From Actinomycetes bacterium (lineage in GTDB: Bacteria; Actinomycetota; Acidimicrobiia; Acidimicrobiales; RAAP-2), in contig JAJXUK010000003.1 in NCBI GenBank assembly GCA_021782915.1, positions 18,937 through 82,936 on the forward strand: DNA of 64,000 nucleotides, given 5' to 3'. Every line of letters begins with the position of its first letter. The first letter of the stretch is position 1. Positions 60,074-64,000 of this stretch are shown here, in pieces. Below the pieces are notes generated by a model. The model was not told the DNA's origin. It saw only the letters and a program-made list of their open reading frames with translations, and searched no databases. The position numbers and the translations under genes were made by a program.

Positions 60074-60648
60074 GACGCCTCGATCAGTCCAGCCGCGCCG
60101 TCGCCGGCCAGCAGCTGCAGGTGGCGCAGGTTGAGCAGTCGGATCCAGCTCTGCTGGCCCATCGTCAGGCCGATGAAGCCGGCCAGCTCCACGAGCTCCT
60201 CTTCGGAGAAGTGCGCGTACAGTCGCTCCCAGAAGGCGTCGTCGACCTCGAGGCGCCACGTGATGGCCTCCGCGTAGGCCAGCGCGGCGCGCTCGCGCTC
60301 GCTGAAGCGCTCCGAGGTCTCGAAGTTGAGCAGCTCGTCGAGCTTGCCCTCCGTGACGCCGTCACGACGAGCCATCTCGGAGCGCTGATTGCCGCAGTAC
60401 TCGCACTTGACCGAGCGCGACACGTAGAGCCGACAGATCTCCTTGAGGGAGTGCTCCACCACACCCTGTCGAAAGAGCCTCTCCCAAGCGTCCTCAAAGG
60501 CCCAGAAGGCGCCCGGCGAGTGCGCGCGCACCGCCGAGCTCTCCGGACGCGGCGTGCCCACCTCGGCGCAGCGGTACAGGACGGCCATCGACGCCTCGTC
60601 GAGGCGCTCGAGCGGAAAGAAGGAGATGCGCTGTGGGGCCTCGGGCAC
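60070..60648 (-). CDS. carboxymuconolactone decarboxylase/AhpD-like family protein
   Basis: 192 aa. CEYCGNQR CxxC motif in a helical AhpD-like context, followed by ERERAALAYAEAIT. Confidence 0.7.
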   Translation of the reverse strand: MPEAPQRISFFPLERLDEASMAVLYRCAEVGTPRPESSAVRAHSPGAFWAFEDAWERLFRQGVVEHSLKEICRLYVSRSVKCEYCGNQRSEMARRDGVTEGKLDELLNFETSERFSERERAALAYAEAITWRLEVDDAFWERLYAHFSEEELVELAGFIGLTMGQQSWIRLLNLRHLQLLAGDGAAGLIEAS

Positions 60649-60697
60649 ACTGTCTCCTCTCAGGTTGGCCCGAGGCTAGCGCGGCCCGTCACCGGCC

Positions 60698-61405
60698 CTA
60701 GTAGATCCAGACCGCGGTGCCTATCGGCATCCGATTGCTCGCCCAGATCCAGTTCATGGCCGCGTCGCTGATGCGCACGCAGCCGTGCGAGACCGGATAG
60801 GCCGGCACCGAGTCCGAGCCGTGAATGGCGTAGCCGGAGCTGAAGTACTTGGGCCGCCACAGCTCGCCCAGTGGACTCACGTCCAAGCCGTCGACCTGGC
60901 GGTAGAGGCGAAAGTGACCCCGCGGCGTCACGGCGACACCGCTCACGCCGTTGGCCGCGTACGCGTAGCCGCCACCGGTCGAGGTGTTGAGCGTCACGAT
61001 GAGGTGCCCGTCACGCACCAGCATCAGCAGGTTGCGCGCGAGGTTGATCTCGATGACGTAGCCGCTCGTGCTGCGCGGGACGGGCCGCACGCCGCGAGCC
61101 AGGACCGCACGTGTCAGGGGACCGACGACGCCGTCGCGAGCCAGCCCCGCCGCCTTCTGCAGCGCGAAGACGGCCTGCTGGGTCAGGTCGCCGAAGACCC
61201 CCGTGATCGGACCGAGCCAGTAGCCACGCCCGGCGAGCTCGAGCTGGAGCTTCGACACCGCGGGGCCGCGCTGGCCGAGATACAGCACGCTCGTCGACGA
61301 GCTCGTCGTGGCCGCCGCCGACTCGACCGGTGGCGCGCCCGAGGAGCCGATCACCCCGAGGGCCAGGACCAGGCTCACAGCCCGCCACGCGATGCGTACC
61401 CTCAC
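60698..61405 (-). CDS. L,D-transpeptidase (YkuD) with PG_binding_1 domain
   Basis: 235 aa. Signal peptide, PG-binding repeat (GPAVSKLQLELAGRGYW...FGDLTQQAVFALQKAAGL), catalytic HGCVR. Confidence 0.85.
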   Translation of the reverse strand: MRVRIAWRAVSLVLALGVIGSSGAPPVESAAATTSSSTSVLYLGQRGPAVSKLQLELAGRGYWLGPITGVFGDLTQQAVFALQKAAGLARDGVVGPLTRAVLARGVRPVPRSTSGYVIEINLARNLLMLVRDGHLIVTLNTSTGGGYAYAANGVSGVAVTPRGHFRLYRQVDGLDVSPLGELWRPKYFSSGYAIHGSDSVPAYPVSHGCVRISDAAMNWIWASNRMPIGTAVWIY

Positions 61406-61444
61406 ACTCGCAGCCTCGGCTCACCAGGACGCGCTGTCAAGTCC

Positions 61445-61750
61445 TCAGGGTGCCGAGCAGACCACCCGGGCGCGGTAGACGTCATTGTCCGCGTCCGGCG
61501 TCACGTCCGGCACCCGCGAGCGGCCCGCGTCGTTGTCCCGCGAGGCCGGCAGGGTCGTCAGCGAGATGTTCGCGCCGATGCTCGAGAGCCCGCTGAGCGC
61601 CGGCACCGGGCCGAAGGCGTTCGACGAGTGACCACCCACGCAGTTCGAGGACGACGAGCCATTGACGAGCAGGACAACGACGGCGGCGAGCAGTAGCACG
61701 AGGACCGCGAAGACGCTCAGGACACGAGCGGGGGTGAAGACACGCGCCAT
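61445..61750 (-). CDS. small membrane-anchored/secreted protein
   Basis: 101 aa. N-terminal TM (VLSVFAVLVLLLAAVVVLLV), Ser-rich, two Cys. 39 nt upstream of the L,D-transpeptidase gene, same strand. Confidence 0.5.
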   Translation of the reverse strand: MARVFTPARVLSVFAVLVLLLAAVVVLLVNGSSSSNCVGGHSSNAFGPVPALSGLSSIGANISLTTLPASRDNDAGRSRVPDVTPDADNDVYRARVVCSAP

Positions 61751-61861
61751 AGGGGCAACCTAGCGGTTGGCCCGTCGCACGCCCGGCGCCCATCCTGATG
61801 GAGCGCTCAGCCGCCGAGTGCGCGGCGCTGCTAGAACGTCACCAACACCACAGGAGGAATC

Positions 61862-62281
61862 ATGGCCACCACCCGCAACGCCACCGCCCACTGGGAGGGC
61901 TCGCTGCTCGAGGGCAGCGGTCACGTCCAGCTCGTCTCGAGCGCGGTGGGGGGCTTCGACGTCACCTGGGCGAGCCGCGCCGAGTCCCCGGAGGGGCGCA
62001 CGAGCCCGGAGGAGCTGATCGCCGCGGCGCACGCGGCGTGCTTCTCGATGGCGCTCTCGAGCACCCTGGCCAAGGCGGGCACCCCGCCGCGCTCGCTGGA
62101 CACCTCGGTCGAGGTCGACTTCCAGCCGGGCCAGGGGATCACCGGGATCCGCATCAGCGTCAGCGGGGACGTCCCGGGCCTGGACGCGGCCGGCTTCGAC
62201 TCGGCGGCCCAGGGCGCCAAGGAGAACTGCCCGGTCTCCAAGGCCCTGGCCGCCGTGCCGATCTCTTTGAGCGTGCGCTGA
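61862..62281 (+). CDS. osmC: OsmC-family peroxiredoxin
   Basis: 139 aa. NATAHWEGSL..., the two conserved Cys (AAHAACFSMAL, KENCPVSKAL). Confidence 0.85.
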   Translation: MATTRNATAHWEGSLLEGSGHVQLVSSAVGGFDVTWASRAESPEGRTSPEELIAAAHAACFSMALSSTLAKAGTPPRSLDTSVEVDFQPGQGITGIRISVSGDVPGLDAAGFDSAAQGAKENCPVSKALAAVPISLSVR

Positions 62282-62285
62282 GCCC

Positions 62286-63086
62286 ATGGCGCGGGCCGGC
62301 AAGCCCCGGCGCCCGAGACGGCTTCGCTGGTCCCGGGGCCTGCTCGCTCTCGGCGCACTGAGCGCGGTGCTCACGCCACGCCTCAGCGCCAGCGTCGCGA
62401 GCGCCGCGACCTCGACGCCGGCGTGCGCTGCGACGTCACTCAGCGCGATCGCCTTCAGCGACGAGGCCCGCTACGCGCCGGGGACCCCGGTGCGCCTCAG
62501 CGTCATCGTGCGCAACGACGACGCGGCGAGCTGTGCGCTCAGCGTCGGGCCCCAGACGCCGGGCGTCATCGTGAGCGACGCCGCGGGTGCGAGCGTGTTC
62601 CAGCCCTGCGGGTTGGGCAACCCGTGCCCGCAGTGGCTGCGCCTGGTCTCGCTCGCCCCGGGCGCGTGGTACCGAGCGTCCTTTACCTGGAACCAGCGCG
62701 TGGGAGCCAACGCCGCGCCGCCCGGGCGCTACCGCGTGCGAACGGGCAGCCCGGCGGGCCCGGGTGGCTCCTTCACGATCAGCCTCGGCACCCGCACGTC
62801 GGGTCCCACGCGCGTGCTTAGCCTGACGAGCAGCACGCAGTCCCTCGCGCTCGGCGCGCGCCTCGTCCTGCTGGGCGCACCGGGAAGTCTCTACTCCTAC
62901 AGCGCTCCGGCGAGCCCGGGGGCGGTCCTCGCCCGCGAGATCTCCCGGGGCGGGCCGGGCGTGATGGCCGTCTTCACGGCCCGACGGGTCGGTCAGACGA
63001 GCGTGATCACGACCGGTACGCCGCGCTGCTATCCCGCGTGCCTGCTGCCGAGCCGACTGTACCGACTGCGCGTCGTCGTGCGCTGA
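62286..63086 (+). CDS. secreted two-domain Cys-containing protein of unknown function
   Basis: 266 aa. Arg-rich N-region plus signal (LLALGALSAVLTP), then two about 100-aa beta-rich halves. The first has a C...C...C..C pattern (DUF4232/inhibitor-like guess only). Confidence 0.5.
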   Translation: MARAGKPRRPRRLRWSRGLLALGALSAVLTPRLSASVASAATSTPACAATSLSAIAFSDEARYAPGTPVRLSVIVRNDDAASCALSVGPQTPGVIVSDAAGASVFQPCGLGNPCPQWLRLVSLAPGAWYRASFTWNQRVGANAAPPGRYRVRTGSPAGPGGSFTISLGTRTSGPTRVLSLTSSTQSLALGARLVLLGAPGSLYSYSAPASPGAVLAREISRGGPGVMAVFTARRVGQTSVITTGTPRCYPACLLPSRLYRLRVVVR

Positions 63087-63161
63087 GAGCGAACGCCGTG
63101 GGTCGAGGGACGAGGCGAGCCACGCCGATCGACCGCGAGAGCGCCTGGGTAGGCTCAGCGC

Positions 63162-63875
63162 GTGAGCACGCGGAGTGAGCCGGGACCGATCGCCCTGGTG
63201 GGCTCGGGTGAGTACCTCGAGACCATGGCCGACGTCGAGGCGAGCCTGCTCGCCGGGCGCGCGCGACGCTACGTGCAGCTCGCCACCGCCGCGGTGCCCG
63301 ACGGGCCCGACGTCGTCGCTCGCTGGCACGCCCTCGGCCGTGAGCAGGCCGAGCGCCTCGACGTCGAGCAGGTAGTCCTCGACGTGACCACGCGCGAGGA
63401 CGCCGAGGACCCGGCGATCATCGCGCGCCTCGAGGGCGCCGGGCTGATCTACCTGTCGGGAGGGCACCCCGGCTTCCTGGCCGACACGCTGCGCGACTCG
63501 AGGCTGTGGGAGGCGATCGTGGCCGCCTGGCGCAACGGGGCGGCCCTGGCCGGCTGCAGCGCCGGGGCGATGGCCCTGAGCGCGTGGATCCCCTCGCTGC
63601 GCCACCCGCGACGTGGCACGACCCCGGGGCTCGGCCTGCTGCCCCACCTGCGCGTCATCCCGCACTTCGACGCCTTCGCGCGTCGCGTCCCCGATCTCAT
63701 CACCCAGTACCTCGTACTGCACGACGAGCAGGTGAGCGTGCTGGGCATCGACGAGCAGACGGCGCTGATCGGGGGACCCTTCGACTGGGTCGTGCGTGGA
63801 CGCGGCAGCGTGTGGCGCCTCAGCGACGACGGACGCGAGCAGTTCCCGGACGGCGCCACCCTGGCAACGCCCTAG
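63162..63875 (+). CDS. peptidase S51 / class I glutamine-amidotransferase-like protein (dipeptidase E/cyanophycinase-like)
   Basis: 237 aa. IYLSGGHPGFL and nucleophile elbow LAGCSAGAMAL, later IPHFD. Confidence 0.7.
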   Translation: MSTRSEPGPIALVGSGEYLETMADVEASLLAGRARRYVQLATAAVPDGPDVVARWHALGREQAERLDVEQVVLDVTTREDAEDPAIIARLEGAGLIYLSGGHPGFLADTLRDSRLWEAIVAAWRNGAALAGCSAGAMALSAWIPSLRHPRRGTTPGLGLLPHLRVIPHFDAFARRVPDLITQYLVLHDEQVSVLGIDEQTALIGGPFDWVVRGRGSVWRLSDDGREQFPDGATLATP

Positions 63876-63877
63876 GC

Positions 63878-64000
63878 GCTAGCGCCGGGCCAGCTCGACG
63901 AGGGTCGCGCGCACCGCGCCGGGCAGGCTCGAGGACCCCGAGAACGCCTCGAGGCGTGAGCCGGCACGCCCGTGCAGGTGCGCAGCCAGCGAGGCCGCCG
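63878..64000 (-). CDS. 3' end of a gene continuing beyond the window (possibly NAD(P)H-hydrate dehydratase-like)
   Basis: My own translation of the minus strand ends ...AASLAAHLHGRAGSRLEAFSGSSSLPGAVRATLVELARR-stop (TAG at 63880-63878). The AAxLHGxAG pattern is the only clue. Confidence 0.3.

Overview
High-GC, Actinomycetota-type chromosomal segment. It is very compact, with many GTG starts, many 1-4 nt start/stop overlaps, and convergent genes that share stop codons. The backbone is housekeeping with mycobacteria-like synteny. It runs ispD-carD, radA and clpC, then an 11-gene minus-strand operon (tilS-hpt-folE-folP-X-folB-folK-DUF2520-panC-coaX-lysS), then a Zur-type metal ABC locus. It continues with holB-tmk-topA, an APC permease opposite a trkA pair, a SigB-like sigma factor, and a nadE/glnII/glnA/glnR-like nitrogen cluster. 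The rest comprises Fe-S carrier genes, a PspC-type envelope-stress two-component module, DUF929-VKOR, whiB, mgtA, an L,D-transpeptidase and osmC. There are three tRNAs (Thr-CGU, Pro-CGG, Glu-UUC). I found no CRISPR array, intact transposase or recognisable defence system. The points most worth a second look: (1) a pgeF-murL-murD2-like operon directly behind the Fur/Zur gene; (2) a Cys-less phosphatase-fold protein translationally locked into the folate operon; (3) two lower-GC islets at the 3' ends of tRNA-Thr and tRNA-Glu. The tRNA-Glu islet carries an integrase relic, two large secreted beta-propeller proteins (Asp-box/BNR and Calx-beta+FN3+YWTD) and 1.26 kb of decayed sequence. Further points: (4) a pseudo-receiver OmpR-type regulator coupled to glnA; (5) a GlnII with a Lys/Ala tail; (6) an APC permease fused to an OB-fold; (7) a 405-nt leader upstream of mgtA. 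All functional calls come from motifs read by eye in the supplied translations or my own. No database search was run.
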